Below are positions 49,830 to 62,800 of a stretch of DNA of 64,000 bases, piece after piece. The stretch is from Blepharisma stoltei ATCC 30299 (taxonomy: Eukaryota; Protista; Ciliophora). The stretch's first letter is position 1. The number at the start of each line of letters is the position of its first letter. A program made the translations under genes and the position numbers. Under the pieces are notes generated by a model. It had not been told where the DNA came from. It ran no database searches and was given only the letters and a program-made list of their open reading frames with translations. The DNA lies in contig CBFDEM010000003.1 in assembly GCA_965603825.1 (NCBI GenBank), positions 310,001 to 374,000 of the forward strand. Direction: 5' to 3'.

Positions 49830-52742
49830 ATGGACGAAGACTTATATGATGAATTCGGAAATCCAATCAATGCAGGGTCTGAGTCAGGAGAACCAGAAGA
49901 AAGTCCTCCACAAGATGAAGAAGTTGAAAATAATGAAGAAGGTCAAGGAATCATTGCAAGCGATAACATCATGATTGAGCCTACAGGCCAAGAAATTGTG
50001 CTTCACGAAGACAAGAGATATTATTTAGATCTTGACCAGGTCTATCCTGAGGCAGAAGCTCTTATTATGGAAGAAGACGCCCAGCCTATTACTCAGCCTA
50101 TTATCCAGCCTGTCATTCAAAAGAACTTCGAGTTTACCTTTAAAGAAGTTCCTTTTACCACTAGCCCTATAGAGTTTTTGGTATCTTTATCTCATTGTCC
50201 TGATTCAATCCGAAACATCGCATTTATTGGGCATCTTCACCATGGGAAAACGACTTTTATTGACTTATTAGTTGAAGACACTCATCCTCAGATTGTAAGT
50301 GATCCTAATGACCCATTAAAATACATGGATACAAGAAATGATGAAAGGAAAAGAGAAATTTCAATAAAAGCGAAGCCTTTGACAGTTGTTTTAGAGACTA
50401 GCAGAGAAAAAAGCTATTTATTCAATATTATTGATACACCTGGACATCCTAATTTCAGTGATGAAGTGACTGCTGGTTTAAGATTGGCTGATGGGGTCAT
50501 ATTAATTGTTGATGTCATTGAAGGCGTAATGATAAACACAAAACAACTTTTAATCCATGCTTTAGAAAATGAACTAAAAGTAATAGTGGTCATCAATAAG
50601 TTTGATAGACTGCCATTAGAGCTAAAGATTCCTCCAGGTGACGTATATTTCAAAGTAAAACACACTTTAGATGAAATAAACTCAATAATCTCAGCACATG
50701 CACCGTGGCATCCAAAAGTATCTCCTATTAATGAAAATGTGATTTTTGCGAGTGGGCTGTATGGGATGGCTTTTACATTAAGCTCTATGGCGAAAGTATA
50801 TACAAATATTTATGGACCAAATTTTGATTCTGAAGAATTTGCTAAAAGATTGTGGGGTGATCTTTATTATAATAAAGAGACTAGAAGTTTTGCAAGGAAG
50901 CCGCCAATAGGAAAGTCAAATTCAGATAGAAGCTTTATTGAATTCATTGTAGAACCAATTTATAAGTTATTAGGGTATGCTGTTAGTGAAGAAAAAGAGC
51001 AACTGGAAAAATTTTTAAGTTCAGTTGGACTTTTTATGAAGAAAAAGCATTATACATACGACTCTAAAACTTTATTAAAAATTGTACTGCGAACTTTCTT
51101 CAAAAAACCAAGCTGTCTAGTAGATCTTGCCGTAAAAAATTTTCCTGCTCCTTCTAAATCTAAGAAATTTGAACAAAACTACAAAGGACCTTTGGCTGGA
51201 GAAATTATTGAAGAGATAATTAAAGGAAAAGACACCGGGCCTTTAGTTGTTGACATTGTCAAGCAGTATCATGACTCTGAATGCAAATTTTTTTATATAT
51301 TTGGCAGAGTTCTTAGCGGAACATTAAGGCCTGGGGAATTAGTAAATGTTTTAGGTCAAAAATATTCAATTCAAAACCCTGAAGACAAATTCCAAGCAGA
51401 AATTGATAAAATTTATTATTTTAATTCTAGGTATAAGCTGCAAGTTCAAGAAATCCCTGCAGGCTGCTGGGCTTTAATAGAAAGTTCACAAATTGATATT
51501 CCCAAAACCTGCACAATAACTAGCCCTGATCTTTCAGAAAATATAGAAATTCTTAAGCCTTACAGATTCAGCACATCAAGCATAGTTAAAATTGCAATGG
51601 AGCCATATAACCCTTCAGATTTGCCTAAAATGCTTCAAGGTCTCAATTTTTGTTCTAAGAGTTACCCATTGCTTGATTTTAAAGTGCAAGAAACTGGAGA
51701 ACACGTCATAGCTGGCACTGGAGAGCTTTATCTTGATTCAGTGTTGCATGATGTGCGTGAGCTGTATACTGATATAGAAATAAAACTTTCAGATCCTTAT
51801 GTCTCATTTAATGAAACTGTCATAGACTCTTCATCTTTTAAATGCTTCGCTGAGACTCCTAATGGTAAAAATCGCTTTTCTATGATTGCTGAGCCATTAG
51901 AAGCTGTAATAGGTTCTGCAATAGAAAAGCATAAAATCCATATAAATTGGCCTCCAGAGAAGCTTTCGAGCCATTTTGAAGAAAATTATAATTGAGATGT
52001 TTTGGCTTCTTCATCAATATGGGCATTTGGTCCAGATTCATATGGCTCTAATATTCTCATAAATGATATATTGCCATATGAGAGAGACGATGATTTATTA
52101 GCAAGCATTAAAAATCCAGTTGTTCAAGGATTTCAATGGGCTTGCAGAGAAGGGCCACTATGTGAAGAGCCAATACGTTTGACAAAGTTTAAGATTTTAG
52201 AAGCTGCTATGGCAGCTGAACCAATTTATAGAGCAAGTGGCCAAATAATACCTACAGTAAGAAGGGTCTGCTATTCATCATTTTTGTTATCAAGTCCTAG
52301 ACTAATGGAGCCTTATTATTTAGTAGAAATTCAATGTACTCAAGACTGCATCCCAGCTGTTCATTTAGTTATGACAAAGAGAAGAGGACACATTGATATG
52401 GAAGAACCTAAGCCAGGCTCTCCACATTATACACTTCTAGGGACCTTACCTGTTATAGATTCCTTTGGGTTTGAAACTGATTTAAGAACCTACACAAGCG
52501 GTATGGCATTTTGTGTATCAATTTTCGACCACTGGGAAGTCGTTATTTCTGACCCATTAGATCGAAATATAAAGATCAAGCCACTAGAGCCTTGCCCAGT
52601 TCCCCATCTAGCCAGAGAGTTTATGCTAAAAACTAGACGAAGAAAAGGCTTGACAGACGACATCACAATTACAAAATTTTTTGATCATCCATTATTAAGA
52701 GATATGGCCAAAGAAGACCAAGATCTTGCACCATATTTTTAA
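49830..52742 (+). CDS. EFTUD2: U5 snRNP 116-kDa GTPase Snu114/EFTUD2
   Basis: [41 protein letters not shown] and [15 protein letters not shown]; TGA 51993-51995 sits at the conserved W of WDx[10 protein letters not shown]. Confidence 0.95.
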
Positions 52743-52838
52743 TTAATTTAGTTTCGGATCAGTAAATAGCCATTTTATTTAAAACTACTATAAGCCATTG
52801 ATAATTGAAGTAACAGTTAACGTCTTTAATAATCAAAT

Positions 52839-53474
52839 ATGGTGAAGCTAGCAATTCTGATGGTCATTTCTCTCACAGCCTTAGCAGTGAACCCAAGTCT
52901 CTTTAAAGCACAGTTCTTAGAAACCCAAGAAGATCAAGCAGCATGCATAAAGCCAGAAGAACAAGTTTGTGAAGAACAAGTCCAAGTCTGCAAAGGAGAA
53001 AAAGGAGATAAAGGGGAACAAGGACCACAAGGGCCAGCAGGCCCAGCTGGACCAGCAGGACCACAAGGCTGCCCTGGTCCTAAAGGAGAAAAAGGAGAAA
53101 AAGGAGACAAAGGAGAAAAAGGTGAACAAGGCTGCCAAGGGTTGCAAGGAGAAAAAGGAGAGAAAGGATGCCAAGGGGCACAAGGTCCACAAGGGGAAAA
53201 AGGAGAAAAAGGTGAGAGAGGAGCCAGAGGAGTTTCTGTGAAATGCATTGAAGTTGATGATTGGAGCGAATGCGACGAAAAAGTAGTCCAAACTTCAGTT
53301 AAAAGCAGTGACGGATCTGTTTCATCAAGCTCGTGGGTTAGTAGTAGCTCAAGTGTAGACCAAGCTAATGTTGTGGGACAAGCCAATGTTATCGCTCAGA
53401 GCAGCTCAAGTGGCCAGAACAACGCAATAGCTCAAAACAACGCCATTGTTCAAAACAACGCTGTAGCACAGTAA
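52839..53474 (+). CDS. Secreted collagen-like protein A (signal peptide, 27 Gly-X-Y triplets)
   Basis: [16 protein letters not shown] signal; uninterrupted GXY at ~52995-53237; QxNxV/I repeats at the C-terminus. Confidence 0.85.
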   Translation: MVKLAILMVISLTALAVNPSLFKAQFLETQEDQAACIKPEEQVCEEQVQVCKGEKGDKGEQGPQGPAGPAGPAGPQGCPGPKGEKGEKGDKGEKGEQGCQGLQGEKGEKGCQGAQGPQGEKGEKGERGARGVSVKCIEVDDWSECDEKVVQTSVKSSDGSVSSSSWVSSSSSVDQANVVGQANVIAQSSSSGQNNAIAQNNAIVQNNAVAQ

Positions 53475-53819
53475 TGCATTAAGCAAATTTTTTATCAATC
53501 GTCTTTATATCAGTAATTTCCTTTTTAAAATTCGCCATTTTGAATTTATGCTCAAAACAAAATTCTGACCTTTATTCTTTTATTGGAAAAATCCAAAATT
53601 TTAACTAGGTGAATGATTACTATTAGAATACGAAATTCTTTTATAAAGCATTTTTGTAGAATTTTAATTTTGTTTATGATATTCTTCTACTGAGAATATA
53701 CAAATTTCAGCTTCATCCTTTATATATACTTAAATTATTCAAATTTAAATAATCTCCATCTTTCTATTAATAATATACATTGAGATAATTCGAATGGCAT
53801 AACTTCAAAATAATTAAAT

Positions 53820-54530
53820 ATGGTGAAGCTTGCAATTCTGATGGTCATGGCTTTGTGTGCTTTTGCGGTGACTCCAAAAGTCTTTAGAAGTCAGTTTGTA
53901 GAAACAGAGAGCGATTATTCTGAAAGTCAACAATGCGAAGGACAGCAAGCTCAAGCTTGCAAAGGTGAAAAAGGAGATAAAGGAGATCAAGGCCCACAAG
54001 GTCCTCCAGGTCCATGTGGCCCACAAGGGCCTCAAGGCTGTCCAGGCCTAAAGGGCGATAAAGGTGAAAAAGGCGAAAAAGGATGCCAAGGGGATGCTGG
54101 CCTTCAAGGAATAAAAGGAGAAAAAGGAGACCAAGGAGCACAAGGACTAGCAGGATGCCAAGGCGAAAAAGGAGACAGAGGTGATAGAGGTTCAAGAGGT
54201 GCTTGTATTAAATGCACAAAAATTGATAATTATGATGAAAGCCAAGCCTCTTCATGTGCAGATCAACAAAAAGATTCCATAAAGCAAGATAGCTCACAAT
54301 GTAATTCCTCATCTGCTGCCAGTTCTCAATCTGATACTTCATCAGAACAATCACAGCAAGTCATTCAAATAAACAAAATTAACCAATCCAATGAAATTGT
54401 CAAAGGCGATGAAAGTGGAACAAGCTCAGTAGGTTCTGTTACTTCATCAACTTTTTCACAAGATGGAAAAGTAACGCAAGTCAATCAAATCGATCAGGCA
54501 AATATAATTTCTCAAGCTGCTAAAAAATAG
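53820..54530 (+). CDS. Secreted collagen-like protein B (signal peptide, 27 Gly-X-Y triplets), tandem paralogue
   Basis: [16 protein letters not shown] signal; uninterrupted GXY at ~53964-54206; S/Q-rich tail. Confidence 0.85.
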   Translation: MVKLAILMVMALCAFAVTPKVFRSQFVETESDYSESQQCEGQQAQACKGEKGDKGDQGPQGPPGPCGPQGPQGCPGLKGDKGEKGEKGCQGDAGLQGIKGEKGDQGAQGLAGCQGEKGDRGDRGSRGACIKCTKIDNYDESQASSCADQQKDSIKQDSSQCNSSSAASSQSDTSSEQSQQVIQINKINQSNEIVKGDESGTSSVGSVTSSTFSQDGKVTQVNQIDQANIISQAAKK

Positions 54531-54803
54531 AATAAACAGATTTTTAAATTGAATTATTTTTAAAATTTCCATTTTTATTATTAATTGATTTGCCTATCAA
54601 AATGTATTATTTTTAATAAAATAAATAATATAAATATTAATAATCTTAAAGAGGTTTTAGATAAAATAATCATAAAAGTTAAGCAATTATATTAATCTAT
54701 CGCATTAATCAATTTATATAAGATTTTCAAAATATTTGCTTAAAGTACATAGCTAATATAGCATACAAATTAATAATCCATATTTTTAAAATCTTATAAA
54801 TTA

Positions 54804-56588
54804 CTAATTCTGACTCTTTCTAATTAATTCTAAATCTTGCTTGATTGCTTGATTATCAGGATCCAATTTTAATGCTTGATTCAAATCTGCAGTAGCTGAA
54901 TAAAGCTGTCCCATTTCAGCATAAGCTTTAGCTCTTCTCCAGTGCAATCTTAACTGCAAAGAGGGTTTTGGCTCCAATTTAAATGCTTTATCCACAGTAA
55001 TTATTACATCCTGAGGGTTTTTTAATAATAAGTAGCAAGCAGAAATATTTGTATAAATTGAAGCTTTCTCTTCTTTATTTTTTTTACAAAGACCTAAAGC
55101 TTCCTTATATAGTTTTAAAGCTTCTTCTGCATTGCCATTTTTAAACGCATCGCTTGCAGACTGCTTAAGATTTTCATACAAAACCCTATTATTTTCTGAT
55201 GTATATTTCGAGGCAAGAATTTTTGCATGCTGATTTTGTGGCTCTATTTGCAATACTTGGTTAGCTAAAGCTAAAGACTCATCTTTATTTTCAATAGCTT
55301 CAGCTTTTCTCAATAAAACCTTGCATTTAAGTCTCAAATTATGACTGATCAACTCCAGAGCTTTATCACACATTTCCACACAATTATTTTTATCTTCTTT
55401 CTTTAAAAATATTTGTGCTAAATTTGCGATTGACAATTCATTCTCTGGGTCAATTTCCAAACTTTTTGTATATTCTATTTTAGCTTCATCGATTTTGTCT
55501 TCTTTATATAGCAAGTCACCTTTATTTTTTATTAAATTAGATTCTCGTCTTTTTTCAAGCATTTCAATATCTTTTTGGATACTTTCGTCATCAGGAATAA
55601 ATGATTTAGCAGAATTATATTCATCTATTGCCTCAGAAATCAATCCTTTTCATGCCAAAATGGCGCCTATTCTGACTTTGCAAATTCCTTTTAATAGATC
55701 TTCAGTGCATAAGCTAAAGCTTTTATATAGATCGTCCAATGCTTTTTGGAATTCGTAAATCTTCATATAACTAGCAGCTCTATTCATTAAGCATGCTAAA
55801 TTATTCTGATCAGCCTTTATAGCATTTGAATAAGCACTTATTGCGGACTCAAAATCACCTTTGGAAAATAGCTCATTTCCTTTATCTTTTAGCCATAATG
55901 GATGTGATTCGTGTACTGGGCCTTCTAAAGGTTTAATATTGTGAGGCAAAGGTGGCTCATTTTCATTGCTTTCTCTTGCAGGTACATTTGGGTTTTTTCT
56001 TGGTGTGAATTCAATTTTCTGTTTAAATGTTCCTCTTACTTCAGGCAAATCAGTTCTTTCTTTAAATATTTCATTATTTAAGCTTGGAATTGTGGAAGGG
56101 CTAAAAATGTCTTGCTCCGCTTTAATCTTTTCTTCTTCTTTTTTCTGCTCAATAACTCTTCTACGTTCATCATCCAGTTTCATTTGTTCTGTGACTGAAA
56201 AACGATCCATTTCGATTTTGTGCTTTTCCAAGGCTTCCTGGGTTTCTTTGGAATTTTGTTCAAATTCGGAAATAGAAAGGGCTCTACGTTGCTTTGAAAG
56301 ATCTTTATCAGAACATATGAGTGACTCCCAGGATTTTCCAATAATAAATTTGGCAAGAATAAGCTCCAAGCAAGTTTCTTTGGCGATTGCGCGATTAAGC
56401 GGACTTTTATAATCGATGTCTTCAGCAAGATCCCACTCCATGAACATTTTTGGAGATTTAAGATGAAACTTGACGTAATTTCGTGATAGAAAGAGATCAA
56501 AATAGCCTTTTTTACTGAGGATTGGATTTCGACAAGGAATAGTTATTTTTATGATTTCAAATTCCTGTTCCCAAGTATACTTGCTCAT
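54804..56588 (-). CDS. DNAAF4: Dynein axonemal assembly factor 4 (DYX1C1)-like CS + TPR protein
   Basis: N-terminal YTWEQ...YVKFH (CS domain), coiled coil, FTPR..VPARES and PLWLKDKGNELFSKGDFESAISAYS TPRs; one TGA at 55650. Confidence 0.8.
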
Positions 56589-56863
56589 TTTTAAAATTAT
56601 AAAACTAGAGTATTATGCTAAACGGAGATTTTTATTAAAATAATGAACATTTAATAAAAGATTAATTAGTATTTTTACCCATAATGTGAATAGTGAAATA
56701 TAAATCAATTAAATTAATAATTCGATGATAAAATTAAAAATTACTCTTTAATTATCACAAACAGTAGACTATTTTTAAAGTTAGTGAAAAGTATATATTT
56801 ATAAGCTATGTATTATTATAAATAGAAAATTTTTTCATAAGCTTTTGAAGTTATCTTAAGATT

Positions 56864-59800
56864 TTAACGATGAACGCTGTAAAAGCTTCTATTAAAGTTC
56901 GCCATTTCATACTGTCTTTGATAAAGATTTACAGCATCTTCGCCCGAAGCCACTCTCAAGATCTCTTTGCAAATTGCATTGGTGAGATTTTCCGCTCCTG
57001 AATGAGAATTTATATCTAAAAAGGCATTAGCTCCTCTGGTCGTTTCACCAATTTCTTCAAATGCACTACTTGAGCTTGGGCTTGTATAAAATCCATGAAT
57101 CGGAATTCCGTTTCTTGCAGCTTTTGCTAGCTCTTCATGATAATCTTCCATTGAAGAAATTTGGGAAGATTTATGCTTCTTTTTCTTGCTAAATTGATTA
57201 TTAAACGGACTTTGAGATGCAGTATTCACAAAGTCTCCAATAAGAATTACTTTAGAAATCTTTTCATGGTGATGTCTGTCATTAATATATTTCAATGCTT
57301 TATTGATGGCTTCATTTCCTTTTCCCCCTTGAGTGCGAATTTCTTTGATAAAGGATTCTAATACACTTGGCTTATTTGACCAAGGAGATGCTTGAAAAAT
57401 TAAATCATTAGGGCAAGAAGACGTTCTATAAATGCAATATTTAATTTGGAAACACCCTGGACTAACTGCTTTCTTTGCTAAAATTTCTCTAGCGCGCTTG
57501 AAAATCATCCCAATTGTATTCTTGGCATTTTGGAGGAGATGAGACATAGGCTCTGTAGCCTGAAGCAAAATAATGATATTATAGCTATTTTCTGTAAAGT
57601 TTGAGATGTTTTGTTCAAGTATGAAACTTTTGAACCCATCAAGATTTCCATGGGTGATATTATTTAAGAATTCAATGGATCTATCATGAGACTGTTTTAT
57701 GTATTTCACATGCTTATTTTCATTACTGTTTTTGGTTTCATAAAATTCGTTTCTTTTTTGACGCAAAAGATCATAGATTGTTGAATTATTACGAGCATTT
57801 AAAATATCTATATCATTGATTTGAAATTTTTGAAGCTCTTCTGCAAACAATACCATGCTGAATGATCCTTGCTGCCCTTGCCTTGCTGATCTACCCATAA
57901 TTTGAGTTTCTTCTGATGCCTCTTCGGATAAGAAAGTTTGAATTACATGGACTCCACCACTACTTTCAACGGTTTGATTTTGACATTTAAAATCAATTCC
58001 GCGTCCGAAGACTCTGGTAAACAAACTGACGTACCCAGATATTGTTGCCTGATTAATCATTCTATAGCGATCTCCTGACCTTAAATCTTCAGTTACCATT
58101 TGAAACTGATATTTTTTTCAGCTTGGATTAGAGGTATTATAAAAATCCAACAATTTTTCAGAAGTTTCGAAAAATATTAGAATTGCTCTCTCTCCTCGGT
58201 TGCTACCAATCATGCGATTGTTAATTTCGTCACTTATCCTTTGAAAATAATTTTGTTTATCATTTTCGACGTATATATCTGCATTTTCTCTAAAAATTCT
58301 ATTATTGTCTCCAAACACAGAAGGCATATAGGTGTAATTTCTTATATTATAGTCATTTTCAATTATATTTTTTTCATGGTGGCCAAGAGTTTTTAGAGTT
58401 CCTGTTACTCCCATAATATGAGTAAAATTATTTGGCATTTCAGCATAGGAAAAGTCTCCACATCTTATGCTAATTCCAATGTGATTTCCAAGGCTTCGTT
58501 TGCTAATGCGATTATTTTCATGCTCTTTATAATAAGTCCACATAGTATAATATCCATAGCTCGTATGGAATGACACTCCATCATGCATTTTATACCCTAT
58601 GCGATCATCTTGCAAAATGTACTCATGAGAGTCTAAGTATTGCAGATCATATATCATATCTTTTACTGCTTCAACAATCAATTCTTGATAATTAGAAAAA
58701 TAAGATCGACATTTTATAAATTCTTGAGATTTTAATATGTCTGCTAAATTGAGATTTCCATTTCTTCTGCTTCAAATTAGGTTAATTAGGTTTTTTATAA
58801 AATCATTCTGAAGGGTAGCAGCGGGCCTAAAAATTTTTCCATAAAATGATTTGCCAAAAAATACATCAACTTCATCAATCAACAATATTCTTGGTCTTTC
58901 AAGTTCCAGGTGAGTTCTAAAATCTGAATCTTCTGAGTTTTGATTTATTTCATTTTTAACAAATTCTCTTATATCTATTTTGCTATTGATCTCATTTTCG
59001 CATAGTTCATTGAAAGTTCCATAGTCGATTCAGTTTGAAATATGCAAGCAACTAAATAATTCGCTAAATTCTTCATGATCTCTTTTGCTTAAGTGTTCGC
59101 TGTAGCATGCACATCTTACACTGAATCCCAATATAGCTAGAATTGCTGATGCTAGACCTAAAGTTACAGATTTTCCCTCTCCTGTCAAAATTTGTATGAG
59201 ATTATTAGCAAATGTTATTTGGCCGCTATAGCCGATGCCAATCATTCTAAATATTGATAAAACTTGAACAGGATGAGGCGACAATATTTCTTTATCATTT
59301 TTCTCCTTTAAGTCAGGCTTAGTTTTTTTAATATTCAGTAAAGTTCACAATGTAGCTAAATATGCAAGAAGCTTTGGAATAATTTTTTTATCTATTTTGT
59401 TTAAGCTTGTAACAGAAGACACAGAGCCAAAATCAAAATCACTAATAGAGAACTTAGTAATTATCAATCCTGAAAGCGCATCTATTGCATCATTTATGCT
59501 TGAATCTGCTGTTATCTCTATATATTTGCTGCTAATCTTTTTATAAAACTTGCTATACTTTACAAACTGTTCTCTTAATGCAGTTTTATCTATATTAGAT
59601 CCATCTATTCTTTCCATAACATAATCTATATTAAATTTCTCTGTTCTTTCTGCCCATAGTCTATGCTTTTCAGTTTCAAAGAACTTATGTTCATTAATTA
59701 TTATAAGTCCAGTGTTCTCTTTTTCAAGCTTATCATAGATTGTTCTTACTTTTATGTTGCCGTGACTCTTAAATTGAATTAAAAGCTGGTCGATTAGCTC

Positions 59801-62800
59801 TTCAAGTGATTTCTTCATTGGAGGAAAGTTTATTGATATAGTTTTTATGCTGATTAATGATTTAGTAGCATCATCAATTGAGGTGAAAGAGCCTAAAGCT
59901 ATCTTTTTATAATTTTCTGCTTTTTTCCTGATTGTATTTTCTATCTTATCCAATATTTGTGTTAAATCTATCCCTTCAAGATGTATTGAATTTTTAAATG
60001 AACTTAAGAGTCTATGTCCAATTCTAAGCTTTGCATAATCAGCGTCTAAGAAATCATCTTTGGCTATACAATCTAATGTGCTTTGCTTGACTAAATCAAT
60101 TTCTGCTTTAATTGATTTAATACATTCATCAAAATATTGAGAGAAGTTTGAAATATGATTTTTAATCTCTTCAAACATTATCATTGCATGAAATTTTTCT
60201 TTTAATAATTTAAAGCGATCATCAAGTATTTTTTCGTGTTTTATTTCATCATCTTGGACTGTAAAACTCTTTAAATAATTCACAATCCCACCAAATTCAT
60301 TATTAAGTTCATCTCTAATTTCTGAGTAATTTTGACAATACGACAAATTCAAATAAAGTTTTATTGGATTGCTATCATAATAAAATTCTTCTCCAATTTC
60401 TTCATTATCACAATTTCCACAATGCAAAGATTTAAATTCTTTTAATGCCTTAAGCAATATGTCATATTCGCTGATTTTGTCAAGATAATATTTAGTAAAT
60501 TGCGTATTGTTAGGAGGTTTTGATAAGCTATAATTTCTATGTATAGATATAAAGAAATCTGACAAAGTAGAATAAGTATATTGAGTGAGCCTGTCAAGAG
60601 AAGATAATCTGTACCCATTTTCTATGTCAGTAAGTCTAATATTGAATTCTACTATTCTTTGAAAGTCTTTTCAGTTGTTTACAATAACATCTGCTTTCTC
60701 ATCTTTTAAGTTTCATATACAGCGACACAAAGCATCAAATTTTTTATTGATTTCATTTCCTAGCTTTTTATCAATAAGATTTTTCCCATCATTTCCTAAA
60801 GCTTTAAGTATGGACTTGTAGTGCTCATATATAGTTGCTTTTTCCAATGCTAATTCTAGATCATTTTGCTTTAAAGCATGGCATGCTTCATCAATTATTG
60901 AACTCAAGACACTTTTCAGCCTGTTCTTTGAATCATTTATTGATTTTGAACCCCTTCTATTATGCACGTCATCAATAATTATTTGACACAGTTTTTCTAA
61001 ATCCTTATCTCTAGTAGCGTTTTCTAGTAGAATGGCTCTTTCTTCCTTATTTAGCTTTAGGCTTTTTATCCATTCTTTAATTTTCAGCTTTACATCTTTT
61101 TCAATCTCTTCGGGCAAATTTTGATGAATACGTTCAATTGATTTAATTTTTTGTTTTTTATCGTAATAATTACTTTTGCTCATTTCTTCTTCAATAATTT
61201 CGATTTTTTTATTTAAAATTTGTTTGATTTTTTCAATGCAATCGATAAAATGAGGATTTTTTTGAGCTGCTTTTTCAAGTTCTTTAATAATATATTTTGG
61301 ATTGATACAATCTTTGTAGGATTCTATAGGGATGCTTTCAAAATTTTCTGGAAATGATTGTGGAAGATTTTCAATCCTTATTTTTAAATCCGAAATCTCA
61401 AACTCTAATAAGCTAGTAATTTCCGAAAAACTTAAAATGCAGGATATTTTTTCAAGATTTCCAATAAATGTTTCTGCATCATAGTAGCTATATTTATTAA
61501 TTGCCTGCTCAATTCTTATAATTCAATTTTTTATTCTATCCGCAAGGAAGCTATAAAACTGAGTTTCTGACTCAAAGAGGATTAATTTAGTCTCTTCATC
61601 AATATAGCTAAAAATTTTTTCTTTGGCATTTTTAATATTTTTTTGATTTTCCACAACATTGTTAATATTTTCATCATTAGTTTTGATGCTAGCCTCTTCC
61701 AAGCAATGTTGACTGTTTAGCATAAGGTTTGAAATAACCGATTGTATTTTATTTGAAATCATTCTGAAATTGCCACGCTTGTTGAGTTTATCCAAGCTAT
61801 TTATTAGTCTTTCTGCTTCAGAAAAATCTAAATTATGAATAAAATTAATGATATTTTTTTCAGTTTCACCAATTTGCTTGAAAAATTCATCTTGAATATT
61901 TGAAAATCGTTTAGAAAACGTGGTCTTATTAGCTATGATTTGATCTAATAAAGATAAGGATTCAAATATAAGCAAGGATAAGTAGTATTGATTTATTTGA
62001 TTCTCATGCTTATAGTGTTCAGACGTGTTAAAAAGCTCTTGCTCAATACGAATTATTTTAGTATTATATTCTTCAAGTGTATTTTCACATTTCAAATAAT
62101 CTACAATAGACTGAGATTTATTTCTTATATCTATTCCTTTTTCATATGCCAAATATAATCCCTGAGAAGCTTCTTTGCATTGGGCTTCTGACAACGGTTC
62201 TTTATTGATGAACCTCTGTATTATATTGAAAGAGTTATCAAAGCTTTGATTGATTTGCTGTCAGCTCTTCTGAAGAAACTCAGTAAATTCAGTTCATAAA
62301 CATTCAGAGTTTATATAAGAAATTTCTTTGCAGATTTTTAAATAATTAAATGCATGATTTGCCTTCGTTCAATTAAGTGTATTTTCCTTAGTCTGAGTGC
62401 TTTTGATTTGTTTTTCTTCTTCGTTTGCAGATGTTTTAATTTCATCAATATCTTCATGATAATTTTCTTCAAATGAGTCAGTTTTCAAGTTATTTTGATC
62501 CTCATTAAATGATTTTGAGTCTTCCTTTTCATGAAGAAATTCACTAGTAATTTCATGTAAAACTTGATTAATACTACTTTCAAATTTATTACAGTAGCTT
62601 TCTCCAATCTTTTCTAATGATGGTATGAACTCTTTTAAAGTTTCAATTGATTTCATTTGATTCACTAAATCAAAGGCTTTTTTAATTGAACTGGAGTGTT
62701 CGATGCTTAAGTCAATATATTTAAATTTCGAATCAATTTCATCCACGAAATTCATAATTTCTTGGTTAATTTTGCCTAATTCTGATTCGAAAACACCAGG

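Noticed and set aside
51993-51995. TGA as selenocysteine
   Set aside because: It aligns to a conserved Trp, not Cys, and in-frame TGA is pervasive in non-redox proteins.
52917-54195. Antisense Pro/Ser/Phe-rich ORFs
   Set aside because: They are the reverse complement of the Gly-X-Y codons and have no independent support.
56864-59284. Bacterial contamination or a genuine bacterial secA gene
   Set aside because: It is contiguous with ciliate genes, uses the same TGA=Trp code, lacks SecA wing/scaffold features and is fused to non-SecA domains.
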